This document shows, in pieces, positions 36,380 to 49,000 of a stretch of 64,000 nt of DNA. The stretch covers positions 7,690,001 through 7,754,000 of the forward strand of contig CM075994.1 in the NCBI GenBank assembly GCA_038087875.1, read 5' to 3'. Under the pieces are notes generated by a model. It was not told where the DNA came from, searched no databases, and saw nothing but the letters and a program-made list of their open reading frames with translations. The position numbers and the translations under genes were made by a program. Position 1 is the first letter of the stretch. The number at the start of each line of letters is the position of its first letter. Source of the DNA: Malacoraja senta. Taxonomy: Eukaryota.

Positions 36380-36519
36380 TCAGTTATGTTGCAAATAGTA
36401 TTTTCTTTGAAGGACTAACGCTGTGAGCAAGCTCAGACACAACGCGGTCAGCGCCCCGAAAATGTAAATATTGTAGCCGGCTTCTTTACGATCTGAACTG
36501 AGGCGTAAATCCCGGTCTC
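36380..36519 (-). CDS. Terminal TM exon of a paralogous ZP-type gene (upstream exons not found in window)
   Basis: Minus-strand acceptor TTTTTTATTCCCTGCACAG. Phase-1 frame reads [45 protein letters not shown], with ALVLQRKYY identical to exon 30805-30941. An AT-rich 3'UTR-like stretch follows (about 35820-36379). Confidence 0.75.
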
Positions 36520-38464
36520 CTGTGCAGGGAATAAAAAAGCGGGAATTAAAGGCAGGAATTTGTGGGGTGTTGACGGTGTGGGGATATTATCGTTGGATTA
36601 AAGGCCTGGCAAGGCATGGGGACGGTTTGAATCCCACCAGAGGAACAGGGTGAGAAATTCGAACATCTCAATAAACTCAAGCATCTAGGTGGTGCAGCGG
36701 TAGAGTTGCTGCCTCACGGCGCCAGAGACCCGGGTTCCAACCCGACCACGGGTGCTGTCTGTACGGAGTTTGCACGTTGTCCCCATGACCTGCCTGGGTT
36801 TTCTCCGGGATCTCCGGTTTTATCCCACACTGCAGACGTGCCGGTTTGTAGGTTAATTGGCTATGGTGTAAATGTAAATGGTCCCTAGTGTGTATAGGAT
36901 TGTGTTAGTGTGCGGGGATCGCTGGACAGTGCGGACTCGGTGGGCCGAAGGGCCTGTTTCCACGCTGTATCTCTAAACTAAAAACTCAACTAAACAAAAA
37001 ATACTAGTCAAATCTGATGGAAAGCTCCCCAGTCTAAATTCTAATACTTACCGCTTGCTATTTTACTACTTGCTACTCAACTACAAACCTATCGAATAGT
37101 GAAAGGCCTGGATAGAGCGGATGTGGAGAGGATGTTTCCACTAGTGGGAGAGTCTAGGACCAGAGGGCACAGCCTCTGAATTAAAGGACGTTCCTTTAGA
37201 TAGATGAGGAGGAATTTCTTTAGTCAGAGGGTGGTGAATCTGTGGAATTCTTTGCCACACTAGGCTGTGGAGGCCAAGTCAGTGGATATTTTTAAGGCAG
37301 AGATAGAGAGATTCTTGATTAGTGCGGGTGTTGGGGGTTATGGGGAGAAGGCAGGAGAATGGGGTTGGGAGGGAGAGATAGATTGAATGGCAGAGGAGAC
37401 TTGATGGGCCGAATGGCCGAATTCTACTCCCATCACTTACAGATAGCTCCCGTGGTCAGGATCGAAGTCGGCTTGGTGCAAATGTAAATTGTCCCTTGTG
37501 TGTGTAGGATAGTGTTAGTGTGCGGGGATCGTTGGTCGGCGCGGACTCGGTGTGCCGAAGGGCCTGTTTCCGCGCTGCATCTCTAAACTAAATTAAACTT
37601 TCACTGATCAATATCTACGATCAAAAAACCTCCCCACTCAATAATCCAGCAATCGGCAAGTCACCAATTCTAACCCTATCGCCCAATGTTCCCAGAACGC
37701 TCGCACTTTCCTATCCACACTAGGGACGATCCATTTTTCTTTACCACAGACAATGAACCTACAAACCTGCACATTTTCGGAGTGTGGGTGGAAACCAGAG
37801 CACCAGGAGAAAACCCACGCAGGTCACGGGGAGAACGTACAAACTACACACACACACACACACGTACAGGCAGCACTCGAGGTCAGGATCGAACCCGGGT
37901 CTTTGGCGCTGTGAGGCAGCAACTCTACCGCTGTGCATAATATTCTAGTTGAAGCAGTCGGGAGAGAAGTAATTGTCCCAATGAAGGTTGCAGAGGAGTT
38001 TCACCAAGGTCCACCTATTTCTCCCCTCAGCTTCCACCTTCACCCCACTCAGCTCACCCTGAGACAGGTACTATTCCAATGTTTAAGAAACATTTAGACT
38101 GGTACATGGATAGGATGTGGGCCAAACGCGGGCAGGAGTGACTAGTGTAGATGGGGCATGTTGGTCGGTGTGGGCAAGTTGGGCCGAAGGGCCTGTTTGT
38201 TAGATGTCGCCCTTGTGGCTAAAGGGATCAGGGGGTATGGAGAGAAGGCAGGGATGGGATACTGAGTTGGATGATCAGCCATGATCATATTGAATGGCGG
38301 TGCAGGCTCGAAGGGCCGAATGGCCTACTCCTGCGCCTATTTTCTATGTTTCTATGTTTGCATGATCATGACTCTCTAGAGAACTAAGGACTCTAACGCC
38401 TCTCGCCAACTTCTACAGACCCACCAAAGACAGTATCTTATCAGGATGTGTCACAGCTTGGTTA

Positions 38465-38908
38465 TGCCCCTGTCCCACTTAGGAAACCTGAACGGAAACC
38501 TCTGGAGACTTTGCGCCTCACCCAAGGTTTCCGTGCGGTTCCCGGAGGTTTTTGTCAGTCTCCTAATGGTCGAAAGTGGTTTCCGCTTCTTCTATATTCC
38601 GGCGATTGGAAGGTAAGACCTTCCACTACCTGCAACCTCCGGCAACCACCTGCAACCTCTGGCAACCACCTTCAACTAGCACCGCAACCGGCTTCGACTA
38701 AAAAATTACCGATTTTTAAAACGGCAACCTATTTTTAGTCGCGGCCGGTTTAGACTTTTTTGAAATAATCGCCGGAACATGGAAGAAGCGGAAACCACTT
38801 TCGACCATTAGGGAGAGTGACAAAAACCTCCGGGAACCGCACGGAAACCTTGGGTGGGGCGCAGTCTCCAGAGGTTTCCGTTCAGGTTTCCTAAGTGGGA
38901 CAGGGGCA
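38465..38908. mobile_element. PIF/Harbinger-like palindromic MITE
   Basis: TIR TGCCCCTGTCCCACTTAGG.../...CCTAAGTGGGACAGGGGCA with long inverted arms and TSD TTA on both sides. Splits a Rex1/Babar fragment. Confidence 0.82.
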
Positions 38909-40009
38909 TTAGGCAACAGCTCTGCCCAGGACTACAAGAAATTGCAGATTTGTGGATGCAGTCCATCGCACAGACCAATCTGCCCACCATCAATCCATCA
39001 ACACTTCACGCTGCCTCAGAAAAGCAGCCAACATAATCAAGGGCTTCTCACACCCCGGCCATTCCCTCTTCTCCCCTCTCCCATCGGACAGAAGATACAA
39101 AAGCTAGAAAGCCCCGTACCGCCACATACCACAACCCACCGGGTAATATAGAGGAACAGCAGTGGCTGGTTTATACCAAAGATAGACGCAGCCTTGCACT
39201 GTACCTCGGTACACGTGACAATAACCTAAACTGAACTAAACTACAAAAATAATACTTTTCAGTGTAATTAAGTTAAATTAACAAAGTTGGTGAACTTGAA
39301 CGGAGACGAGGAAACACTTTTTCACACAGAGAGTCGGTGGAATTCTCTGCCTCAGAGGGTGGTGGAGGCCGTTTCTCTGGATGCTTTCAAGAGAGAGCTA
39401 GATAGGGCTCTTAAAGATAGCGGAGTCAGGGGATATGGGGAGAAGGCAGGAATGGGGTACTGATTGGGGATGATCAGCCATGATCACATTGAATGGCGGT
39501 GCTGGCTCGAAGGGCCGAATGGCCTACTCCTGCACCTATAGTCCATTGATCCTGTGATACCAGCTAAAAAAAAAAAATAATACTACTTTTTAGTTAAATT
39601 AAGTTAAATTAAGTTCAATTAACAAAGTTGGTGATGCAGTGATACCAGCTTTCCAAAGTCTGATGGTCATTTAGCAAGACCTATCATCGACCTCATTGGA
39701 GACCCTCAGATTATCTTCAATCGGGCTTTACTAAACATTATGTTGCACTAAATGTTATTCCCTTTATCATGTATCTGTACACTGTGAATGGCTCGATTGT
39801 AATCATGTATTGTCTTTCCGCTGACTGGATAGCACACAACAACAAAACTTGTCACTGCAGCTTGGTACACGTGACAATAAACAAAACTAAATCTACCCTT
39901 CTTTGCCACCCTATCAACTCCTGCAGCAACTTTCAGGGAGTTATGGACTCGGATCCCAAGATCCCCGCATAACATCAATGCTTTTAAGGGTCATTCCATG
40001 AATTAATTA

Positions 40010-40405
40010 ATTCCATTCACCGCAGGAGATGCAACACCTGTCCCTTCACCTCCCCCCTCGACTCCATCCAAGGAACCAAACAGTCTTTCCAGGTGAGGCA
40101 GAGGTTCACCTGCACCTCCTCCAACCTCATCTACAATATCCGCTGCTCCAGGTGTGGACTCCTGTACATCGGCGAGACCAAGCGCAGGCTCGGCAATCGT
40201 TTCGCTGAACACCTCCGCTCAGTCCGCCTGAACCTACCTGATCTCCCGGTTGCCAAACACTTCAACTCCCCCTACCATTCCCAATCTGACCTTTCTGTCC
40301 TGGGCCTCCTCCACTGTCAGAGTGAGGCCCAGCATCAATTGGAGGAGCAGCACCTCATATTTCACTTGGGTAGTTTGCACCCCAGCGGTATGAACATTGA
40401 CTTCC
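40010..40405 (+). mobile_element. Penelope-like retroelement fragment, GIY-YIG endonuclease region
   Basis: ORF 40093 reads RFTCTSSNLIYNIRCSRCGLLYIGETKRRLGNRFAEHLRSV..PVAKHFN. Confidence 0.88.
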
Positions 40406-40689
40406 CTAACGTTCTCCCCGTGGGTTTTCCCGGGTGCTCCAGTTTCCTCCCACACTCCAAAGACGTGCAGGTTTGTAGGTTAATTGGCTTGGTGTAAATG
40501 TAAATTGTCCCTAGTGTGTGTAGGATAGTGTTAATGTGCAGGGATCACTGGTTGGCATGGACTCGGTGGGCCGAAGGGCCTGTTTCCGTGCTGTCTCTCT
40601 GAACTAAACTAAACTTTCACTGATCAATATCTACAATCAAAAAGCCTCTCCGCACAATAATCCAGCAATCGGCAAGTCACCAATTCTAA

Positions 40690-41019
40690 AAGCCCTGTCC
40701 CACGGTACAAGTTCATTCCAAGAGCTCTCCCGAGTTTTAAAAAAATCAAACCGGTGGTAAGCACGGAGAATGAACGTAGCGGGTACGTCAGAGCTCGTGG
40801 ACGTCTCTTAGCGGCTCGTAACGCTAACGGCAGGTACTCGTGAAGTTTCGCTAACGGCAGGTAAGCACGGGAAGACTCGTGAAGATTTTTCAACATGTTG
40901 AAAAATGTCCGCGAGAGCCCCGAGTACCGACGAGCGGCCATTACTGTAAATCTCCGAGTTCGAATCAGGGCAAACTCGGGAGAGCTCTTGGAATGAACTC
41001 GTACCTTGGGAAAGGGCTA
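40690..41019. mobile_element. PIF/Harbinger-like MITE
   Basis: AAGCCCTGTCCCAC...GGGAAAGGGCTA with TSD TAA. The empty site is visible in the duplicated copy at about 37670. Confidence 0.82.
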
Positions 41020-41788
41020 TAACCCTATCACCCAATGTTCCCAGAACACTCGCACTTTCCTATCCACACTAGGGACGATCCATTTTTTTTTACCACAGAC
41101 AATTAACTTACAAACCTGCACATCTTTGGAGTGTGGGTGGAAACCAGAGCACCCGGAGAAAACCCACGCAGGTCACAGGGAGAACGTAGATACTCCGCAC
41201 ACACACACGCGCAGACAGCGCCCGAGGTCAGGATCGAACCCGGGTCTCTGGCGCTGTGAGGCAGAGCCACACAAAGTTGCTGTGCATAATATTCTAGTTG
41301 AAACACAGTCAGGAGAAAAGTAATTGTCCCAATGAAGGATGCAGAGGAGTTTTCCATTCCTACATTCCCAGTCCTGTCCCACATCATTCCCGCATCACTC
41401 GGCCCTACAGTCACAACTTCCAAATCAAATACTTCACCATTGCTCACATGGACAAGTCAGTCAGTGCGACCCAAACCATCCACCCGTTATAGACACAAAA
41501 TGCCAGAGTAACTCAGCGGGACAGGCAGCATCTATGGAGAGAAGGAATGGGCGACGTTTTGGGTCGAGATCCTTCTTCAGACTGAGAGTCGGGGGAGAGG
41601 GAGATACAGAGATAAGGAAGGGCAAGGTGTGAAAATGAAACCAAACTAAAGTTACACACCAGACCACAATCATTGTGGATTAACCGCAAGGCTGCCTACT
41701 CTCTCACATTGAGCGTGGGATTCACGCATTTCACGAAATTCTCACGCTCTCACGCTGATCACAGAATTTCTCACGCTCAAAAAATGTT

Positions 41789-41796
<8 letters not shown>

Positions 41797-41821
<25 letters not shown>
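41797..41821. repeat. (TA)n microsatellite
   Basis: Direct reading. Confidence 0.9.
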
Positions 41822-42059
41822 CAAATAAATGAAATCACACTCCTCCACACTCACCAATGAGAATAGTTTTCTGTCGGCGGGTTTCCCGTAAAGAACGAGC
41901 AATTGGCTTAAGCCCATCGCACACTATTTAAAATGGCAAAGTGCTGGAGAAACTCAGCGGGTGAGGCAGCATCTATCTCTGAGTCTGACCCTTCTTCAGA
42001 CTCAAGCATTTCACCAGCATTTTTGTCTACCGCTCTATAGATGCTGCCTCACCCGCATT

Positions 42060-42470
42060 CACATTCCCGTGCAGATGGTGTGATAGGTGAGACACGGCGG
42101 TGGTCCCAGCCCCGAGGCACCGCTCACGCCTCCCACCCTCACCTCCGGCGGCTCTGTGTCCGTCGGCCGCTCTGTCCACACCGCATGTAGTTTTAACCCC
42201 GGCCCAGAGCCATGAGCGGACCGGGTGAGTGGGGGGCGTCTCCGGAGCCGCGGGAATGAACCTCGGGCTAAGGCTCCGCTCCCATGCCTGTCCCCCGGGC
42301 CACTGACCCACACCTCCCCTGGACACCCGGGTCACCGACCCTCACCTCCCCCGGACCCCAGCTGGACACAGAGCACCTGGGCCGGCCTGCATTCCCGGGG
42401 AGGGGGGGAGAGAGGGAAATGCTGCCCGGACATCGCCAAGTCTCTGCTCACTCCGGGTGTTGTCACCGCT
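42060..42470. promoter_or_regulatory. CpG-rich island-like segment with ATG mini-exon (42212-42224) and GTGAGT donor
   Basis: GC- and CpG-dense unique sequence containing gagccATGAGCGGACCGG|GTGAGT. It lies inside the TIR-bounded element 41687-43903. Confidence 0.4.
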
Positions 42471-44969
42471 TCACTGACACACACTCACACACAACCTAAC
42501 ACACACTGGCACACACTCTTACACACACACTGGCACACACAATGCTTAAAGGGATATGGGCCAAATGCGGATAAATGGGACTAGTTTAGATGGGGCATCT
42601 TGATCTGCATGGACAAGTTGGGATGAAGGGCCTGTTTCCATGCTGTAAGACTATGACACACTGGAAAAAGGGTGCAATTGCTCTGGAGAGGATCCAGGGG
42701 CGATTTATGAAGATGTTGGCAGGGCTGGAATTTTTTTTCGCTTTGAAGAAAGATTTGATAACTGGGATTGTAATCTCTGCAGCAACAGAGGTGAAGAAAA
42801 GACTTAGTTGAGGTGAATAATATTATGAGAATAGGACCTGTTTCACTTAACAAAGAGTGTAGGAAGGAAGTGCAGATGGTGGTTTAAACTGAAGATAGAC
42901 ACTAAAAGCTGGAATAACTCAGGACAGGCAGCATCTCTGGAGATAAAGAATAGCGGATGTTTCGGATCGAAACCTTCAGACTGAAGAGGTTGAAAACCAG
43001 CCATAAAACACAATGACTGGAGATGTGTGTTATCCAACTAAGGGCAGAAATCAGAATCATGTGTTCTTCTTTATTGACATGACACCATAATAAATATATT
43101 ACAGAAAAAGTACGTTGGTGCAGCGGTAGAGTTGCTGCCTTGCAGCACCACAGACCCAGATTTGATCCTGACTACGGGTGCTGTCTGAACAGATTTTGTA
43201 CATTCTCCTTATGACCACATGGGCTTTCTCTGGATATTCTGGTTTCTCCCACATCTGAAAGAAGTGCAGGTTTGTAGGTTAATTGGCTTCTGTAAATTGT
43301 CCCTGGCGTGTAGGATACAACTGGTGTATGGTAGATTGCTGGTCGGTGTGGACTTGGTGGGCTGAAGGGACTGTTTCCATATATATGTTTTACATATATA
43401 TCTTAATTTCATTGAACCATATATGGTTGAATATGCGCCATTATTTTCGTCTTTCTATAGTCAAAGGGTAAGGTTGATTGATTTATTTGTGCAGAACAGT
43501 GATGGACATCTGACTCCTCTTGCCTTGTTTCTATCTTTTTTGTTTCTCCATATATATGCATAACAGCATGAATTATAATCTGATTTCCATACGTGATTAT
43601 ACTAAGGTCATTCGTGTGCTGCGCCTGTTGATCAGAGCCTGGCTCTACTGCGGAATGTAAATAGGAATGTAATTTAACCCAACCTTATTCATACCTAATC
43701 CAATTTAAAGCATAAATGTTGCATTCAAGTTTCAGTTAAAAGACTCACTACAGTATGTACCAGATTGCATAATTTCAAGCTGAAAAATGCAAAAGCTCCC
43801 TACCCTGGGAGGGGGGACACCACACATCGCACACCCTCCCCCCCTCCCTCAGTCGCTACGTTCCCTTGCAATTTCTCACTCTCAACCAATGTTGGCAGCC
43901 CTGTAACCGTGACCCGATTAATTCACAACCTGCAGAGATATGAACATTACTCAGACTGACACTGAGATAGATTATGTTTAAGAAAGAACTGCAGATGCTG
44001 GAAAAATCGAAGGGTGACAAAAATGCTGGTGAGACAGCGGGTAAGGCAGCATCTTTGGAGCGAAGGAATAGGTGTAGTCTGACCCTTCTTCAGACATCTT
44101 CAGTCTGAAGAAGGGTCTCGACCCGAAACGTTATCTATTCCTTCGCTCCAAAGATGCTGCCTCACCCGCTGAGTTTCTACAGCATTTTTGTCTAGCTGAG
44201 GTAGATTCTTACCAGTGTCGCCATTTTGTAAGATATTGCAGACTGAGACTTCATGTTCTCTTCCAGTGGAAGAAGAACTCAGTAATTCTTGCCCACAAAA
44301 GAGTAGTCAAGGAAGAAGTGAAAATGGACTCTGCTGAATCAGACACAAATCCCAAGAGCACAGGGATAGAGATTGTGGTCTGGTGTGCAACTTCAGTTTA
44401 GTTTCATTTTCACACCTTACCCTTCCTTATCTCTGTATCTCCCTCTCCCCTGACTCTCAGTCTGAAGAAGGGTCTCGACCTGAAACGTCTCACCCATTCC
44501 TTCTCTCCAGAGATGCTGCCTGTCCCGCTGAGTTACTCCAGCATTTAGTGTCTATCTTCGAATAAACCTGCATCGTCAGTTCTTTCCTACACCATCCATC
44601 CATGACATGGCCACAGTTCCCAGTCCAATCCCTCCCGGATCCATTGCTTCCCCTCATCAGACCAGTCTCGCAAGATTCCTGAACCAACAACCCATAGAAT
44701 GTCGAACATAGGACAGAACGGCACGGAAACAGGCCCTTCGGCCCACAATGTCTGTGCCCGACATGATGCCAAGACCAACTCTTATCTTCGTTTTAGCTTA
44801 GTTTAGAGATACAGTGCGGAAACAGGCCCTTCGGCCCGAATCCGCGCCGGCCAGCGATCCCCGCACACTAGCACTAAACCACACACACTAGGGACAATTT
44901 ACAATTATACCAAGCCAATCAACCTGCAAACCTGCACGTCGTTGGAATGTGGGGGGAAACCGGAGCACC

Positions 44970-45888
44970 AGATGACACAAAGCTGGGTGGCAGTGTGAAC
45001 TGTGAGGAGGATGCTATGAGAATGCAGGGTGACTTGGACAGGTTGGGGGAGTGGGCAGATGCATGGCAGATTAAGTTTAATGCGGATAAATGTGAGGTTA
45101 TCCACTTTGGTAGCAAAAACAGGAAGGCAGATTACTATCTAAATGGCGTCAAGTTGGGAAAAGGGGAAGTACAACGGGATCTGGAGGTCCTTGTACATCA
45201 GTCTATGAAAGTAAGCATGCAGGTACAACAGGCAGTGAAGAAAGCAAATGGCATGTTGGCCTTTATAACAAGAGGAATTGAATATAGGTGCAAAGAGGTC
45301 CTTCTGCAGTTGTACAGAGCCCTGGTGAGACCACACCTGGAGTATTGTGTGCAGTTTTGGTCCCCTAATTTGAGGAAGGACATTCTTGCTATTGAGGGAG
45401 TGCAGCGTAGGTTTACAAGGTTAATTCCCGGGATGGCGGGACTGTCATATGCTGAGAGAATGGAGCAGCTGGGCTTGTGCACTCTGGAGTTTAGAAGGAT
45501 GAGAGGGTATCTTATTGAAACATATAAGATTGTTAAGGGTTTGGACACGCTAGAGGCAGGAAACATGTTCCCGATGTTGGGGGAGTCCAGAACCAGGGGC
45601 CACAGTTTAAGAATAAGGAGTAAGCCATTTAGAACGGAGACGAGGAAACACTTTTTCTCACAGTGAGTGCTGAGTCTGTGGAATTCTCTGCCTCAGAGGG
45701 CGGTGGAGGCAAGTTCTCTGGATGCTTTCAAGAGAGAGCTCGATAGGGCTCTTAAAAATAGTGGAGTCGGGGGATATGGGGAGAAGGCAGGAACGGGGTA
45801 CTGATTGGCGATGATCAGCCATGATCACATTGAATGGCGGTGCTTGCTCGAAGGGCCGAATGGCCTACTCCTGCACCTATTGTCTATT
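44970..45888 (+). mobile_element. CR1 LINE, 5'-truncated (RT C-terminal half)
   Basis: ORF 44947..45666 reads DDTKLGG...QGDLDRL.EWA..WQ.KFN..KC...[13 protein letters not shown]. Confidence 0.93.
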
Positions 45889-45889
45889 G

Positions 45890-46040
45890 AAATAAAGTGT
45901 GCGGTATGTTTAAAAAGTGGGATTTTTTTCAGATTTACGTAGTCTCTGAAATTTATGTTGAGGTCGGACTCGAGACTTTTTTACCGACTCCGACTCCAAC
46001 AGCACCAAAATTGCTCCGACTCGACGACTCCACAGTCCTG
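45890..46040. mobile_element. Terminal fragment of a hAT-like element
   Basis: Subterminal CCGACT repeats ending GACTCCACAGTCCTG. The other end was not found. Confidence 0.4.
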
Positions 46041-47974
46041 AACCAAAGGAATATAGCTTTTTTTCCACATTGGAAGTGATTCGTAAAGGTTGTGTTGAAT
46101 ATTTGTATTGTGCATTTACTGTCAGATCTTCTCGTGCTTGTCTAGCTGATCAGTTTCACTAATTCCACTCTTTTTTCTCACAGTTACTGTGTAGACTTTC
46201 AATTATTTGAACCATCTACAAACTTAGCAGGAATACCTTTTTCATTTCCCAAAATTGAAAATGCATCGAAGGCTAGCTTCCCCATTATTATATTACTGGT
46301 GATTAAAGCCAATGTGTTTGGGGTCTATATTTTCAGCTGTCCAGCTTGTTTTGTCCTCTGACTTGATGGCATTTGCTGAATATTTAAAGTCTCCACAAAA
46401 TCATGGGAATGTTTAATTTCTAAAAATATTTTAAATTAAGTTCTAGGAGCAAAATTATGCAATTTGGCCCATCTAGTTTACTCTGCCATTCAATCATGGC
46501 TGATCTATCGTTCCCTCTCAAATCCATTCTCATGCCCTCGCTCCATAACCCCCGACATCTTTACTGATCAAGAATCTGCAAATCTTTGTCTTTAAAAAAA
46601 AAAATCCTAATGATTTAGGTTTGATGTAGATGACATAATTAAGAAGTTTGCAAATGGTTGATGCAAATGAAGTTTGATTCCCCAAAACCTTAAAACTAAT
46701 TGGATGGTTGGAAACGTGATTAAAAACAAGGCATAGAATACAAAAGCACTACGGTAATTCTTGATTATATAAACCCCACAGCTTGTATACTGCTTAAAGT
46801 TCTGGTGAACATTATGGGGAAGTTTTCCATAGATGCTAAAATGATTCGAATTTTTTAGGTGCACGAAAGATTGGATAGGTCAGGGATATTTTCTTTAGAG
46901 GTGTATAACAATTATGAGGGGCCTAAATATTATAAATATGAAAGGCCTATTTCAATTAGCAGAGGGTTGAAATTAAGGGACATAGATAGTAATTGGTAGA
47001 AGAATTAAAGGAGTGAAAAGACTTTTTATTCCACCTTGAAGATTCCAGGAATTAAGTAAGTAAGAATCCAGCAAGTAAGAATTTCATTGTTTTATCAGGG
47101 ACATATGATCATAAAACACTCTTGACTCTCTTGAATTAAGAAGTTTCTGCCCTAAAGACTGTAGAGGCAGAACCTTTATCATGTTCATGTTAAAAGTCCA
47201 TTTGAAGAACCATGATCTACAGGGTTATGGAGCAGCAGCTGGATGGTGAGATTAGCATAATTAGGATGTGTAGAATGATGACTGTTCTCTGTAGGAAATC
47301 TTCTGCGATGGGCAATCCACTTTTGTCTATTTTTCTTATGGACTGGAAACATCTTTTTTTCAGTGTGTATATTGTTCACCTAGCAACGCACTGCCTTTGC
47401 AAGTCAGGCAACATTTGTGCAGGGAAATGGACAGTCGATATTTTGAGTCAAGACTCTTCTACTGGACTGAAAGAGTGGAGGGGAAGTTGACCAGTATAAG
47501 GAGGAGAGAGGGTTGGGCAAGAACTGGCATGTGATAGATGAATCCAGGTGAGGAGGGGCGGATTTATGGAAGAAGTCAGGGACAGAGGGATGGGATAACA
47601 ATGGAGACTGGGACGTGATTGGTGGAACTAACCAGGGGCTGCAGATGATGGGACATTTAAAGGGAGGTGAATTGAGCGGATGGGAACAGCGGAGAGAGGA
47701 AGGGGCCAATGAGAGGAGTTTGTGGGTGTTGGGTAGATGGTGCATGTGAGGAAGAAGCTGGGTGATATTGGGTGGAGTGGAGTTGGAAAGAAGGGTACAA
47801 GTGGGAGGATGGGAGTGGATAGAAGGACTAAGCAAAATTAACATTTTGGGGATATTCAGATCCTCTCGGGAAATGTGGGGAAATTCTTGTGGTCATTTTT
47901 CTTAGTAACCTTGCGAAATGTCATTGACCTTAAACATGAACATTTTTCAAAACTGGTGTCTGGCCTTTTGGATC

Positions 47975-49000
47975 ATAAGATCATGAGATAGCAGAATTAG
48001 GCCATTCAGCCCATGAAGTCTACTCCACCATTCAATCATGGCTGATCTATCTCCCCTAACCCCATTCTCCTGCCTTCTCCCCATAACCTCTGACACCCAT
48101 ACTAATCAAGAATCTATCCACTGACTTTGTATCCACAGCTTTCTCTAGCAAAGAAATCCACATATTCACCACTCTCTGACTAAAGACAATTTTCCTTATC
48201 TCCTTCCTAAACAAACATCCTTTAATTCTGAGGCTATGGCCTCTAGCCCTAGACTCCTACTAGTGGAAATGTCCTCTCCACATCCACTCTATCCAAGCCT
48301 TTTACTATCCTGTATGTTTCAATGAGAGGTTCCCCCCTCATTCTTCTAAACTCCAGTGAGTATAGGCCCAGTGCTGTCAAATGTTCATCATGTGTTAACC
48401 TACTCATTCTTGGGATCATTCTTGTGAACCTCCTCTGGATCCTCTCCAGAGCCAGCGCATCCTTCCTCAGATATGGTGCCCAAAATTGCTTACAATATTA
48501 CAAATGCGGCCTGACCAACGCTTTATAGAGCCTCGGCAATACATCCTTGTTTTTGTATACAAGCCCTCGAAATAAATGCTAGCATTGCGTTTGCTTTCTT
48601 CACTACCGATTCGAATTGCAGATTCACTTTTTGGGAATCCTGCACCTGCACCCCCAAGTCCCTTTGCACCTCCGATTTCTGGATTCTCTCCACATTTAGA
48701 AAATAATTTAGGCCTTTATTCCCACTACCAAAATGCATGACTCCACGCTTTGCTACACTATATTCCATCTGCCACTTCTCTGCCCACTCTCCCGACCTAT
48801 CCTAATCATTGTGCAGAGTTCCTGCTTTCTCTACACTACCTGCCCCTCCACATATTTTTGTATCATCTGCAAACTTGGCCACAAAAGCCTTCAATCCCTG
48901 CATCCAAATCATTAATATACAATGTGAAGAGCAGGGGCCCCAGCACCGAGTCCTGTGGAATTCTGCTGGCCACTTGCAGTCAACTAGAAAAAGCCCCCTT
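47975..49000 (-). mobile_element. CR1 LINE fragment
   Basis: ORF 48523 (VMHFG...VQRDLGV) and a CR1 3' UTR. Confidence 0.85.

Larger units (their letters stand above)
41687..43903. mobile_element. 2.2-kb non-autonomous hAT-like element with internal cargo and nested repeats
   Basis: TIR-like ends CAAGGCTGCCTAC / GTTGGCAGCCCTG, subterminal CTCACGC repeats, and a perfect 6-bp TSD TAACCG (41681-41686; 43904-43909). Confidence 0.7.

Noticed and set aside
44267..44384. Plus-strand exon candidate for the SLC25A46 N-terminus (MDSAESDTNPKS...)
   Set aside because: No similarity to SLC25A46, and no good donor in the phase needed to join 49657.
46184..46298. Strong acceptor followed by an open frame and an MHRR start resembling human MHPRR
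   Set aside because: The MHRR frame stops after 13 aa, there is no in-phase donor, and there is no further similarity.
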